Shown one piece after another: positions 30,413-39,796 of a stretch of DNA of 64,000 nucleotides. Under the pieces are notes generated by a model, which was given only the letters and a program-made list of their open reading frames with translations, had not been told where the DNA came from and did no database searches. Within the stretch, counting starts at the first letter, position 1; each line of letters opens with the position of its first letter. This stretch comes from Bdellovibrionales bacterium (GTDB lineage Bacteria; Bdellovibrionota; Bdellovibrionia; Bdellovibrionales; JAUICD01), in assembly GCA_965197425.1 (NCBI GenBank), contig CBDANC010000012.1, positions 64,001-128,000 of the forward strand. The letters run 5' to 3'. A program made the position numbers and the translations under genes.

Positions 30413-30631
30413 TTACTTGTGCCGATACATGATAAGACCATGAGTTGGGTCATAAGGTGAAACTCCAACAGTAACTTTATCTCCAACAACAACTCTGATG
30501 TTGAATCGTCTCATTTTACCACATAATTTAACACTCACCTCTACATCGTTATCCAATTTAACTTTATAAATTCCGCCCACTCCAGCATCCACAACCTTAC
30601 CTTCAATTTGTGCTAAATCATCTCTTGCCAA
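30413..30631 (-). CDS. infA: Translation initiation factor IF-1
   Basis: GKMRRFNIRVVVGDKVTVGVSPYD. Confidence 0.95.
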   Translation of the reverse strand: MARDDLAQIEGKVVDAGVGGIYKVKLDNDVEVSVKLCGKMRRFNIRVVVGDKVTVGVSPYDPTHGLIMYRHK

Positions 30632-30742
30632 CTAAACCCTCCAAAGAGAAATTTCGAAAATTACTAAAAACTCTGACAAATAAAAACTATACAAAAGTAG
30701 TCTGATAAAACTTTCTCGGTATGTCAAACCTCTTTTTAATTA

Positions 30743-30820
30743 AAGGTGAGCTTAATGATAGCAAAAAGCGAACTTGTTTGCTTTTTGCTGAATGACTCTT
30801 TTCCCGTCACTTAAGGTGAG
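30743..30820. repeat. Short family-1 repeat, locus G
   Basis: AAGGTGAGCTTAATGA-hairpin-...TCCCGTCACTTAAGGT, as in C and J. Confidence 0.8.
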
Positions 30821-30943
30821 TCAGTTTTTGGAAGTGGCAGATATACTCTACGGTTTTGTAGAATCTTTAGTACCATGGCTTTTATGTGCTTGTGTTTTAT
30901 ATGCTTGTACTTTACATCAAAGTGGATAATATAGACCCTTTGT

Positions 30944-31020
30944 GGGGTGGTAGTTAAGTTGGTTATAACGCCGGCCTGTCACGTCGGAGGCCGCGGGTTC
31001 GAGTCCCGTCCACCCCGCCA
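30944..31020 (+). tRNA. tRNA-Asp(GTC)
   Basis: GGGGTGG/CCACCCC acceptor stem, CT-GTC-AC loop, GGTTCGAGTCC, CCA. Confidence 0.96.
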
Positions 31021-31073
31021 CTTAAGTAATATTTTAAAAATAATTAAATAAAAAACCTTTATGATTTTTAAGA

Positions 31074-31149
31074 TGGAGCTGGTGATAGGAATCGAACCTA
31101 CAACCTGCTGATTACAAATCAGCTGCTCTGCCAATTGAGCTACACCAGC
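31074..31149 (-). tRNA. tRNA-Thr(TGT)
   Basis: Reverse strand GCTGGTGTAGCTCAATTGGCAGAGCAGCTGATT-TGT-AATCAG...GGTTCGATTCC...ACCAGCTCCA. Confidence 0.96.
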
Positions 31150-31192
31150 ACTGCTTAACGCATGACGATCTTTTGTACTAAAATTCATAAGT

Positions 31193-31918
31193 TCAAGTCA
31201 ACTGCCTATTTATCTCAGCTAAACCAATAGCAAGACTAACAGATGCATTGAACGAAGCATAAGAATTTATCTGCGGTATCTGTATAATTTGATCACTTTT
31301 TTTCAAAACACCAGACCTTATACCCTTACCTTCAGAACCAACCACCAAAGCAACCTTTTTATCAAAATTAACATCCCACAATGACATACAATCTGTTTTA
31401 TTATCAAATGCATATACCCAAAACCCACAATCTTTTAACTTTAATATCTCTTGCCCAATATTAGACACCCTACAAACCGGAACATGCGTAGCACCACCAC
31501 TTGCAACCTTGTAAACCACAGAAGTTAAAGAACTGGAACCATCCTTTGGCACAATAATACCATCGACACCAAATAACCAAGATGTTCTTAAAATAGAACC
31601 TAAGTTTTGTGGATCTGTTATGCCATCCAAAATTACAACTTTTGCACTTTCCTTAGAATAAATTTTTCTATCATTAAACTCTAAATGAGTTTTTATAAAA
31701 AGAATAACTCCGTCAGTATCTGAATTTATCTTATTTAAACTAGAAGAAGCCACATACTCTATGGGTATCTTATTTAATAAAATCTTTTTTTGAATATCCA
31801 ATAACCTAGGTTTGCTCTTGTAATCTGAACTAAGCTTACACAAAATTATATTTTCAGGATATACACTTAAAGCTTCAAAAGCTGCATGCACTCCAACTAT
31901 TATCTTTTTATCTTTCAA
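31193..31918 (-). CDS. rlmB: 23S rRNA (Gm2251) 2'-O-methyltransferase, SpoU family
   Basis: LDGITDPQNLGSILRT, VGSEGKGIR, SFNASVS. Confidence 0.88.
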   Translation of the reverse strand: MKDKKIIVGVHAAFEALSVYPENIILCKLSSDYKSKPRLLDIQKKILLNKIPIEYVASSSLNKINSDTDGVILFIKTHLEFNDRKIYSKESAKVVILDGITDPQNLGSILRTSWLFGVDGIIVPKDGSSSLTSVVYKVASGGATHVPVCRVSNIGQEILKLKDCGFWVYAFDNKTDCMSLWDVNFDKKVALVVGSEGKGIRSGVLKKSDQIIQIPQINSYASFNASVSLAIGLAEINRQLT

Positions 31919-31927
31919 AAAACACCT

Positions 31928-32611
31928 TCAGCCTATAGAAGATAAAATCTCTAAAACAGTTTTTTTAGGATCATCACTTTTTAAAATAGCTCTACCCATA
32001 ACCAGTGCATTTGAGCCATTTGAAATAGCTAGAGCAGGTGTAGAAACCCTGCTTTGATCTATATATTTTGTAAATCCAATACCAGGAGTTATTATATTAG
32101 CATTTTTATATTTAGCTCTTAATGCTCTAGCCTCTAGGCTGGAGCAAACAATTGTATTTAAACCAGACTCAAAAACCAAGTCAGTTAAAATCATAACATG
32201 CTCCTCTACATTCAAAGGCTTCCAATTACCCGGAAAATCATCTCTAATACTAGTCAGAACAGTGACACAAGCTATGTGAAAGTCTCTTTTTTTCGAAAAA
32301 TCTGTTTCAAGCTTTTTTAATTCTTTCAATACCGAAAGACCACAAGAAGCATGAACTGTAACTATACTAGCACCTAAATCATAACAAGCTTTCACGCTAG
32401 CCAGTACCGTGCTTGGAATATCATAAAACTTAAAGTCTAAAAAAACAGGGGCAAGCTTAACAAATTTACTCACATCAGTTTTAAAAAAAAGCCTAGGACC
32501 AATTTTAAAAGCCCCAACACAATCAGCTAAACTGTCAGCTAAATCCAAAGCCTTTTTGGGGTCATCTAAATCCAACGCACATATAATTGGATTTTTTAAA
32601 TTTAAACTCAT
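31928..32611 (-). CDS. pyrF: Orotidine-5'-phosphate decarboxylase
   Basis: ICALD, FLDFKFYDIPSTV, VTVLTS, TPGI, VMGRAI. Confidence 0.93.
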   Translation of the reverse strand: MSLNLKNPIICALDLDDPKKALDLADSLADCVGAFKIGPRLFFKTDVSKFVKLAPVFLDFKFYDIPSTVLASVKACYDLGASIVTVHASCGLSVLKELKKLETDFSKKRDFHIACVTVLTSIRDDFPGNWKPLNVEEHVMILTDLVFESGLNTIVCSSLEARALRAKYKNANIITPGIGFTKYIDQSRVSTPALAISNGSNALVMGRAILKSDDPKKTVLEILSSIG

Positions 32612-34326
32612 GCCTTAAAAACTTTCTCTTTAATAACAGAAACTATATCATTAACACTGACCGAATTTCTCTTAAGAGTTTTTCTATCTATTAACTCCAC
32701 CTCTTCTTTATCAAAAGACCTTTTACCTAGATTAATTCTATAAGGAATACCCAATAAATCTGCATCATTAAACTTAACCCCTGCTCTTTCATCTCTATCA
32801 TCCAACAACACTTCAACATCAGAATCCAAAAGTTCAGAGTATATCTTATCAACACACTTCGATACCTTAGAATCCTTAGCATCTAAATTACAAATATGTA
32901 CATGATATGGGGCAACCCAAAGGGGCCAAATAATGCCCTTATCATCGTGACTTTGTTCAACTATAGTCTGCATTGTCCTAGAAACACCGATTCCATAACA
33001 ACCCATTTCAAAAAATCTGCTTTTTTGATCTCTATCCGAAAAGGTAGCATTCATAGCCTTGGAATATTTAGTACCTAAATAAAATATATGACCAACCTCA
33101 ACTCCCCTGTGCTCTTTGTATTTCCCTTCACAAACAGAACATACATCACCTTCCTTGGCACAAACTAAATCAAAAAACCCTTCTATATCAAAGTCTCTTT
33201 TGTAGTTAACATTTTTTAAATGAACTCCATCCTTGTTAGCGCCAGTGACAAAATTTGTCATATTTTGAAGTGAATAGTCTAAATATGTCTTTACACCATC
33301 TAAACCAACAGGGCCCCAACTGCCAGGAACACTACCTGTCAACTCCTCGACCTCTTCGTCAGACATCAGCTGCACATCACTATCCAAAACCTTACTTAGT
33401 TTTAAGGTATTTGCCTCATCTGAACCTCTCAATAAAACCAATATAGGTTTTCTATCCTTGTCATAGAAAAACATGCTTTTAACTAATACGGGTGGAGTTT
33501 CCACATCTGATTCATCTACTTTTAAAAATTTTCCAAGCTGGGCAATAGTTCTAATACCAGGTGTATCAAAACTTGAAATTTCTAATAGGTTAGATCTGAC
33601 ATCCTTAACGAGTTTACCAACAGGAGCGATCTCCATATTGTAAGCATGAGAGTTACATAATAAAATTGTATCCTCACCTGCACTGGTCACCGCATGAAAT
33701 TCATGTGACTGATTTCCACCAATGTTTCCTGTATCTGCTTCAACCACTTTAAAGTTTAAACCAACTCTATTAAAAATTTTTGAATATGCTTCGTACATTT
33801 TCTGATAACTAACTTGAGCAGCGTCTTTGTCTACATCAAAACTATAGGCGTCTTTCATTATAAATTCTCTACATCTCATCAAACCAAACCTAGGCCTTAT
33901 CTCATCACGATATTTGGCCTGAATATGATAAATATTTTTAGGTAGATCCTTATAACTCTTAATTTCACCTCTAACTAAATCAGTAACCACTTCTTCATGT
34001 GTAGGGCCTAAACAAAATTCCTGATTATTTCTGTTTTTAAACTTTAAAAGAGACTTGCCCATCACACTCCATCTGTCAGCTTCATCCCATAAAGATTTAG
34101 GCTGAACCATAGGCATCAAAACTTCAACACAACCAGCATGATCTAGCTCAGCTCTAATTATATCTCCTATCTTATTTAAAACACGTAAGGCCATATTATG
34201 ATATGTATAAATTCCAGGAGCTACTTTTCTAATAAAACCAGCTTTCAACAAAAGAGCTTCACTAACCAATTCCACATCAGAAGATACATCCCTCCTGGTA
34301 ACTATATGAGAACTAGACCACTTCAT
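32608..34326 (-). CDS. proS: Proline--tRNA ligase (bacterial type with editing domain)
   Basis: LGPTHEEVVT, KYRDEIRPRFGLMR, EVGHIFYLGTKYS, MGCYGIGVSR. Confidence 0.96.
   Translation of the reverse strand: MKWSSSHIVTRRDVSSDVELVSEALLLKAGFIRKVAPGIYTYHNMALRVLNKIGDIIRAELDHAGCVEVLMPMVQPKSLWDEADRWSVMGKSLLKFKNRNNQEFCLGPTHEEVVTDLVRGEIKSYKDLPKNIYHIQAKYRDEIRPRFGLMRCREFIMKDAYSFDVDKDAAQVSYQKMYEAYSKIFNRVGLNFKVVEADTGNIGGNQSHEFHAVTSAGEDTILLCNSHAYNMEIAPVGKLVKDVRSNLLEISSFDTPGIRTIAQLGKFLKVDESDVETPPVLVKSMFFYDKDRKPILVLLRGSDEANTLKLSKVLDSDVQLMSDEEVEELTGSVPGSWGPVGLDGVKTYLDYSLQNMTNFVTGANKDGVHLKNVNYKRDFDIEGFFDLVCAKEGDVCSVCEGKYKEHRGVEVGHIFYLGTKYSKAMNATFSDRDQKSRFFEMGCYGIGVSRTMQTIVEQSHDDKGIIWPLWVAPYHVHICNLDAKDSKVSKCVDKIYSELLDSDVEVLLDDRDERAGVKFNDADLLGIPYRINLGKRSFDKEEVELIDRKTLKRNSVSVNDIVSVIKEKVFKA
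33487..33504. mobile_element. 18-bp palindromic element inserted in frame in proS
   Basis: TACGGGTGGAGTTTCCAC, 16/18 identical to 29995-30012; encodes VETPPV. Confidence 0.8.
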
Positions 34327-34385
34327 TTTTTATAGCCTCCTTTAAGTAAGTTCCTTAGCTATAGCATGAAACAGCCATGATGACA

Positions 34386-34711
34386 AAAAGCAAAGCTTCC
34401 CTTATTTGCCTCGTTCGGAAGACCTTACGGAACAGGATCAGCATCGTGTCCAGAGCTGGGCAACCACTCAGTCAAAAAACCGACCGCAGGGAGGTTATTT
34501 CAATTGGATAATATAAAGATTTATCCCGTGAGCCAATTGAACCAAAGTGAACAAGTCCACTTATTTTTGACTTCGTTCGGAAGACCTTACGGAACAGGAT
34601 CAGCATCGTGTCCAACGCTGGGCAACTATCAAGTTAAAAGATGTCTTGGTTACATTTAGACTTCGTCTTACATTTCACCAATCTATCTTTTAACTTGATT
34701 AGGAAGACCTT
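34386..34711. repeat. Family-1 mosaic repeat, locus H: tandem units; 66-bp element at 34480-34545
   Basis: GGAAGACCTT three times; ACGGAACAGGATCAGCATCGTGTCCA twice. Confidence 0.93.
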
Positions 34712-34716
34712 GAATA

Positions 34717-35211
34717 TTACAACAAACTGCCAACATTTAAACTGTGAAGTTTTGAAGAAAGGTGGCGCATATGAATTGCAGCCTTGGCTATATCCTCGCC
34801 CCTATTTCCTTTCTCACCTTCAATCCTATCTAGTGCTTGCTGCTTATTTTCTACTGTTAAAACTCCAAAGATAATAGGTTTTCCATGTTTTAATTGAACT
34901 TGTATACATCCGTTTTCCAAAGCGCGGCAAACACTATCATAATGACTGGTTTCACCTCTAATAACAACACCCAGTGCTATGACAGCATCATACTCTCGAT
35001 GCTCAAATACCCATTGCGAAGCAAGGGGTATTTCCATTGCTCCTGGCACTTCATAAGAAGAATACTTTATATTATTTTTCTTCAAGACCGTCTTAACATT
35101 ATTATAAAGCTTATCAGTTAGATCAACATTAAACATAGACTTAACAATTCCAAATGAATATTTATCAACCCTGTTTTTTCTGCTTTTTGATTTTTTTTTA
35201 TAAAAGTACAT
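34717..35211 (-). CDS. ribH: 6,7-dimethyl-8-ribityllumazine synthase
   Basis: VPGAMEIP, ALGVVIRGETSHYD, FGVLT. Confidence 0.93.
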   Translation of the reverse strand: MYFYKKKSKSRKNRVDKYSFGIVKSMFNVDLTDKLYNNVKTVLKKNNIKYSSYEVPGAMEIPLASQWVFEHREYDAVIALGVVIRGETSHYDSVCRALENGCIQVQLKHGKPIIFGVLTVENKQQALDRIEGEKGNRGEDIAKAAIHMRHLSSKLHSLNVGSLL

Positions 35212-35372
35212 CAGGCCTCCACAAGCAAATTTTTGTCTGACACAACTTTATCACTTTTAAAAAAAAATGTAATGAATATAATCTTAGTTTTGGACCTTAT
35301 GACAATATACAAAATGCCAAATTTTATAGTAGAGCAAACGGATAGTCAGGCAGTTAAGTTACGGAATTATAC

Positions 35373-35547
35373 TCGTGTCCAAAGCTGGGCAACCACTCAG
35401 TCAAAATAAGTGAACAAGTCCACTTATTTTGACTTCGTTAGGAAGACCTTATGAAACTGGATCAGCATCGTGTTACAGTGCTGGGCAACCATTCGGATAA
35501 AAAAGTAGGCGAAGCCTCCTTATTTTTATCCGAATTCAGAAGACCTT
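35373..35547. repeat. Family-1 mosaic repeat, locus I (two units without inserts)
   Basis: GCTGGGCAACCA(C/T)TC-hairpin-GAAGACCTT twice, with different hairpins. Confidence 0.92.
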
Positions 35548-35551
35548 TAAA

Positions 35552-37375
35552 TTAACTTTCTAGCATTTTAAGAATATGACCCATTTTTTCTTTTTTAGCA
35601 CCCATATATTTTACATTGTGTTTATTAACTTTTATTTCAATGGGTATTACTTTGGAAATTTCTAATCCATAGCCATCTAGACCAACTTTTTTGGACGGGT
35701 TATTGGTCATTAAATTAATTTTTCTAACTCCAAGCTTACGGAGTATTTGAGCGCCGATACCGTAATCTCTTTCATCAGGCCTAAAACCTAAGTGCATATT
35801 AGCTTCTACAGTATCCAACCCAGAATCCTGCAAAACATATGATTTTATCTTGTTCACAAGACCAATACCTCTACCTTCTTGTCTTAAGTACAAAACAATA
35901 CCACTGCCGTTTTGATCTATTTTGTTTAAAGCATGTTTTAGCTGTTTGCCACAATCACACCTTTGACTTGAAAATACATCACCAGTCATGCATTGTGAAT
36001 GAACCCTAATAAGAACAGGGGTGTCCTTTTTGATCTCGCCTTTCTTAAGCACAACATGTTCTGCATTATCAATGGTAGTCTTAAAAACCTTAAGCTGAAA
36101 CACGCCACAACCTTCAAGGGGAAGATCACAACTACAAGCTTCATAAACCAGGCTTTCATTCTGAATTCTATAACGAATTAAGTCTGCAATACTACCAATT
36201 TTAATCTCATGTACCCTGGCAAATTCCACTAAATCTTTCATTCTAGCCATCTGACCATTATCTTTCATAATTTCACATACCGTAGCAGAAGGAGTAAGCC
36301 CTGCTAATTTCACCAAATCAACACTTCCTTCAGTATGACCTGCCCTTTTTAATACACCACCATCAATTGCTTTTATTGGAAAAATATGTCCCGGGGATAC
36401 TATGTCAGTAGGACTTGCTTTCGGATTGCACAATGCTCTTATAGTTGTTGCTCTATCAGCAGCGGAAATCCCAGTTGTAACACCCTTGCCCGCCTCCACA
36501 CTCAAAGTAAATGCGGTGTTATTATGTGAAAAATTAGACCCTTCTTCTACCATCAATGGCAAGTGCAATCTCTTAGCTTGCTTATCGGTGATAGACACAC
36601 ACACTAAACCTCTTGCATGCTTCACCATGAAATTCACTTTATCAGAAGTTATAAATTCCGAGGCAACCACAAGATCACCCTCATTCTCTCGCTCTTCATC
36701 ATCAACCAATATAACCATCTTGCCTTGCTTAATATCTTCCACTAACTCTAAAGTTGTATTGAGTTTTAATGAAGAAGACTGTTTCCTAGCCTTGTTATAA
36801 GCCAGGCTAGGAGAGTAATGGGATGTTGAAGCTGTAGAATCGCTATAATTTGGTTCTATATTTACCAGGCTTCCTACTTTTAAAAATCTTAGGTTTGTTC
36901 TTTTTAAAGTTTCGGGAATTATATGTAGGTTTACTTTATTGTTATCAACTTCATTTATCGTTAGACTTACACCATTTATGGATATACAAGATTTTTTATT
37001 AAGCTCCACTTCATCTGGCAGACTTACTTCTAAATCTAATGTAGCCTTATGCCCTTTTACTGATGTTACTAAGCCGGTACAATATACATGGCCGGTTACT
37101 AAATGGCCGTTTATTCTATCACCATATTTAACAGCTCTTTCTAGGTTTAGTACATCTCCTGTTTTATAGCTCTTAGCCACATCACGTGTAACTTTTGATA
37201 CAAAAAATCCAACCTCTTCTGAGGTTAAATAATCTATGGTTAGGCAAACACCATCAACTGATATGCTGTCGCCCAATTTTATATCACCAAATTCCCTAGG
37301 CCTTTTAATCATAAGCCTACAAGAATTGTCTATTTTTAGTACAGATGATGTCTGCTCTATTATACCGGTAAACAT
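35552..37375 (-). CDS. ribE-ribBA: Fusion of riboflavin synthase (alpha), DHBP synthase and GTP cyclohydrolase II
   Basis: MFTGIIE, GHLVTGHV; DDEERENEGD, RAGHTE; RVHSQCMTGDVFSSQRCDCG, QEGRGIGL, all in one frame. Confidence 0.92.
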   Translation of the reverse strand: MFTGIIEQTSSVLKIDNSCRLMIKRPREFGDIKLGDSISVDGVCLTIDYLTSEEVGFFVSKVTRDVAKSYKTGDVLNLERAVKYGDRINGHLVTGHVYCTGLVTSVKGHKATLDLEVSLPDEVELNKKSCISINGVSLTINEVDNNKVNLHIIPETLKRTNLRFLKVGSLVNIEPNYSDSTASTSHYSPSLAYNKARKQSSSLKLNTTLELVEDIKQGKMVILVDDEERENEGDLVVASEFITSDKVNFMVKHARGLVCVSITDKQAKRLHLPLMVEEGSNFSHNNTAFTLSVEAGKGVTTGISAADRATTIRALCNPKASPTDIVSPGHIFPIKAIDGGVLKRAGHTEGSVDLVKLAGLTPSATVCEIMKDNGQMARMKDLVEFARVHEIKIGSIADLIRYRIQNESLVYEACSCDLPLEGCGVFQLKVFKTTIDNAEHVVLKKGEIKKDTPVLIRVHSQCMTGDVFSSQRCDCGKQLKHALNKIDQNGSGIVLYLRQEGRGIGLVNKIKSYVLQDSGLDTVEANMHLGFRPDERDYGIGAQILRKLGVRKINLMTNNPSKKVGLDGYGLEISKVIPIEIKVNKHNVKYMGAKKEKMGHILKMLES

Positions 37376-37520
37376 GCCAACCTCTTACAAGTCCGAACAG
37401 CATACAACCATTACGACTCAAGGTCTAGTTTTTGGGCTATAATTTGAACAAGTTTTCTTTGCTTGACACCATTTTAGTAGAATATAATGGTAAAAAAATC
37501 CCTAAACTGGAAAAGAGGTT

Positions 37521-38348
37521 ATGATGGATGACAACAAGAAACCAGAAGATGTGAAAGAACAAGAGATAAAGGACAAGAAGTTAAAGGGCATAAGCACAAA
37601 AGGCAAATTTGCCAGTGCTTTTTTTATCCTATGCCTTACCACCGTTATGGTTTCCTATCAAAACTGCGGAATGGTGGCCACATCTTCCATGTCTAAAATA
37701 GACTTTACAGATGTTAATAACTGTGGTGTTGCTCAGTTTGACATGCAATCTCTTGGATTACCAGGGACTGTTCAAATTGGAGTGCAGTATGTTGCTTCAA
37801 GCCCAGTAGCTTTTATAAGCTTTCCACTTCCAGGTGCTGGAGGAATTATGAGCGCAAACGGAAGTATTGACGACATACCAGGAGCTACTTGGTATACTAT
37901 GCCTGATCCTCCAACATACCAAATAGAAATCCCTGTTGACTCTGTGGCTACCCTGACATACGAGGAAAGACAAAACAAACTTCCTAGTAAAATAAAATCA
38001 GATGGTACCCATGAAAACAAAGGCCCATATTTGTTTGGCTTTGACAGACAAGTTGCGGATGTTAAGAATCTAACTCTTGATCAATACAATAACCTTGATG
38101 GGAGATTGTATTATAGAAATAGCAGACCACAAACTCTGGGCTTACTGGTAATGTCAGAGGATTTACCTAAGTTGCCATTAATCCAAGGTTTTTTACAAAA
38201 CATAACCCCCAGTAAAACACTTGAAAAGTGCGACCAAACTATAGGTCATGTCGCCTATATTATGGTAGAAGATGAAGATGAAGATGATCAATACCAAGCT
38301 AACAACGGTATTTACCTTTCTATAAAACTTGACAACTTAGTTCAATAA
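37521..38348 (+). CDS. Exported protein with YQNC motif, function unknown
   Basis: AFFILCLTTVMVSYQNC; GAGG upstream of ATG. Confidence 0.7.
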   Translation: MMDDNKKPEDVKEQEIKDKKLKGISTKGKFASAFFILCLTTVMVSYQNCGMVATSSMSKIDFTDVNNCGVAQFDMQSLGLPGTVQIGVQYVASSPVAFISFPLPGAGGIMSANGSIDDIPGATWYTMPDPPTYQIEIPVDSVATLTYEERQNKLPSKIKSDGTHENKGPYLFGFDRQVADVKNLTLDQYNNLDGRLYYRNSRPQTLGLLVMSEDLPKLPLIQGFLQNITPSKTLEKCDQTIGHVAYIMVEDEDEDDQYQANNGIYLSIKLDNLVQ

Positions 38349-38363
38349 AAAAGGAATGTCAAA

Positions 38364-39110
38364 ATGCCAAGGAAAAGAAAAAAGAAAGTTAAAAAGAAAT
38401 CACTAAAACGAAAAACTACAACCAAAAAAAAGACTATAAAAAAAGTCAAAGGAAAACCTACAAAAAAGGTTAAGAAAAAGTCCACTAAAAAGAAAACTAA
38501 GAAAGTAATCAAAAAGAAAATCAAAAAAAAGTCAAAAGTAACTAAAAAGAAAGCTAAAAAAAAACTTAAAAAAAAAGCTAAGAAAGTAACTAAAAAGAAA
38601 ATTAAAAGAAAACCTACAAAAAAGGTTAAGAAAAAGTCCACTAAGAAGAAAATTAAGAAAGTAATCAAAAAGAAAATCAAAAAAAAGTCAAAAGTAACTA
38701 AAAAGAAACCAAAAAAAACAACCACTAAAGCTAAAAGTAGCAAAAAATCTTCAGCAAAGAAGAGGGCAGAAAAAAAAGACACAGCCTCAAAAAAGACTAT
38801 AAAAAAAAATGTAGGGAAAAAGCCTGCTGTAAGATCACTAGAAGAGATCAAAGCAGATGAATCTACCACTATATTTTCCAAAGATATTTTACATGCTGAT
38901 GACCCTAGAGTTAAGGCGCAATATGACCCATACGATGAAGCAGACGACTTTGGTGACAACGAAGATTTTAAAGCTCAAAGCTTTCGCAATGATGATCTTT
39001 TTGATGATGAGGAATATGCACAAGATTTTGAACCTGAATATGAACAACTTGATGAAGAAAAAGATATAATATCAGATTCAGATAATGAAGAAGACGAAGA
39101 TTTTATATAA
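38364..39110 (+). CDS. Histone H1-like Lys-rich protein with acidic C-terminal tail
   Basis: About 150 aa of K/T/V/S/A/P repeats with a duplication at 156-bp spacing (38454 and 38610), then a D/E-rich tail. Confidence 0.7.
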   Translation: MPRKRKKKVKKKSLKRKTTTKKKTIKKVKGKPTKKVKKKSTKKKTKKVIKKKIKKKSKVTKKKAKKKLKKKAKKVTKKKIKRKPTKKVKKKSTKKKIKKVIKKKIKKKSKVTKKKPKKTTTKAKSSKKSSAKKRAEKKDTASKKTIKKNVGKKPAVRSLEEIKADESTTIFSKDILHADDPRVKAQYDPYDEADDFGDNEDFKAQSFRNDDLFDDEEYAQDFEPEYEQLDEEKDIISDSDNEEDEDFI

Positions 39111-39111
39111 C

Positions 39112-39351
39112 AAGGTCCATTAACGAACAGCAAATAATTCTGGCTCCGCCAGATTTTTGCTGTGAGTGACTGTTCCCTGGTGGACCTCACAGCCGATCCA
39201 GTTCCACAAGGTCTTCCGAACGAGGCAAAAACAAGGAGGCTTCGCCTACCTTTTTTGCCAAGTGGTTGCCCAGCTCTGGAACAAGATGCTGATCCCATTA
39301 CTAAAGGTGAGCTTAATGAGGCTATGCCTGTTTTGATCCGGCATTCCGGGA
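39112..39351. repeat. Family-1 mosaic repeat, locus J (left of the four-helix-bundle gene)
   Basis: Three successive AAGGT-starting units with different hairpins. Confidence 0.9.
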
Positions 39352-39720
39352 TCATGTATTTTTCCATAATTGGTATAGAAAGCCTCCTAGCACATCTGCC
39401 TCTTCTATTAGTTCTTTGTGGTCTATGAGATCTAGTATAGCTTGCGTTTCTCTGAGCGAGTCTAAGCTTATTGCATAGAATCTTTTTCTATCTTTTGCTG
39501 TAGGTTGGTTCAATTGGCTCACGGGATAAACCTTTATATTTTCCAATTGAAATAAACTCCCTGCGGTCGTTTTTGCACTTCCCTCCGCAAGGTTAAGTAG
39601 AACACTCAAAGTAGCTCTTTGGAATTGGTTTTTGAGGGGTTCTTTTAGCCAAAGTTTTTTTGATTCTCGATAAAACTCTTTAGCTATTTGGTATGTTTTT
39701 AATTTTTTTGGAAAAATTAA
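39352..39720 (-). CDS. Four-helix-bundle protein (23S rRNA IVP/Avd-like fold) with a 22-aa in-frame insertion; start unclear, possibly a pseudogene
   Basis: LKTYQIAKEFY...LKNQFQRATLSVLLNLAEGSAK[insert]PTAKDRKRFYAISLDSLRETQAILDL. Confidence 0.8.
   Translation of the reverse strand, partial: LIFPKKLKTYQIAKEFYRESKKLWLKEPLKNQFQRATLSVLLNLAEGSAKTTAGSLFQLENIKVYPVSQLNQPTAKDRKRFYAISLDSLRETQAILDLIDHKELIEEADVLGGFLYQLWKNT
39505..39570. mobile_element. 66-bp palindromic element inserted in frame in the four-helix-bundle gene
   Basis: Absent from the paralog at about 54626; the same unit occurs at seven intergenic sites. Confidence 0.92.
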
Positions 39721-39796
39721 AGATACTACCGGTTCCTGGTGGCGGATGCCAGATGCAGATAACGGATCCCTGACTGCCGGGTTGCCTGAATACCTA

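Noticed and set aside
34386..34711. Tandem conserved units with variable interiors as a CRISPR array
   Set aside because: The interiors are recurring hairpins rather than unique spacers, unit lengths vary, arrays have only 2-3 units, and no cas genes are in the window.
35373..35547. Hammerhead or HDV-like ribozyme (CTAACGA-stem-GAG; GCTGGGCAAC)
   Set aside because: The hammerhead core needs CUGANGA and GAAA, which are not met. I could not build HDV P1/P2/P3 pairings around GCTGGGCAAC.
38342..38959. Phe/Leu-rich 205-aa antisense ORF resembling a membrane protein
   Set aside because: It is the mirror of the AAA/AAG-rich Lys repeats on the other strand.
39352..39720. Diversity-generating retroelement, suggested by the Avd-like fold
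   Set aside because: No reverse transcriptase, and I found no template/variable repeat pair differing specifically at adenines.
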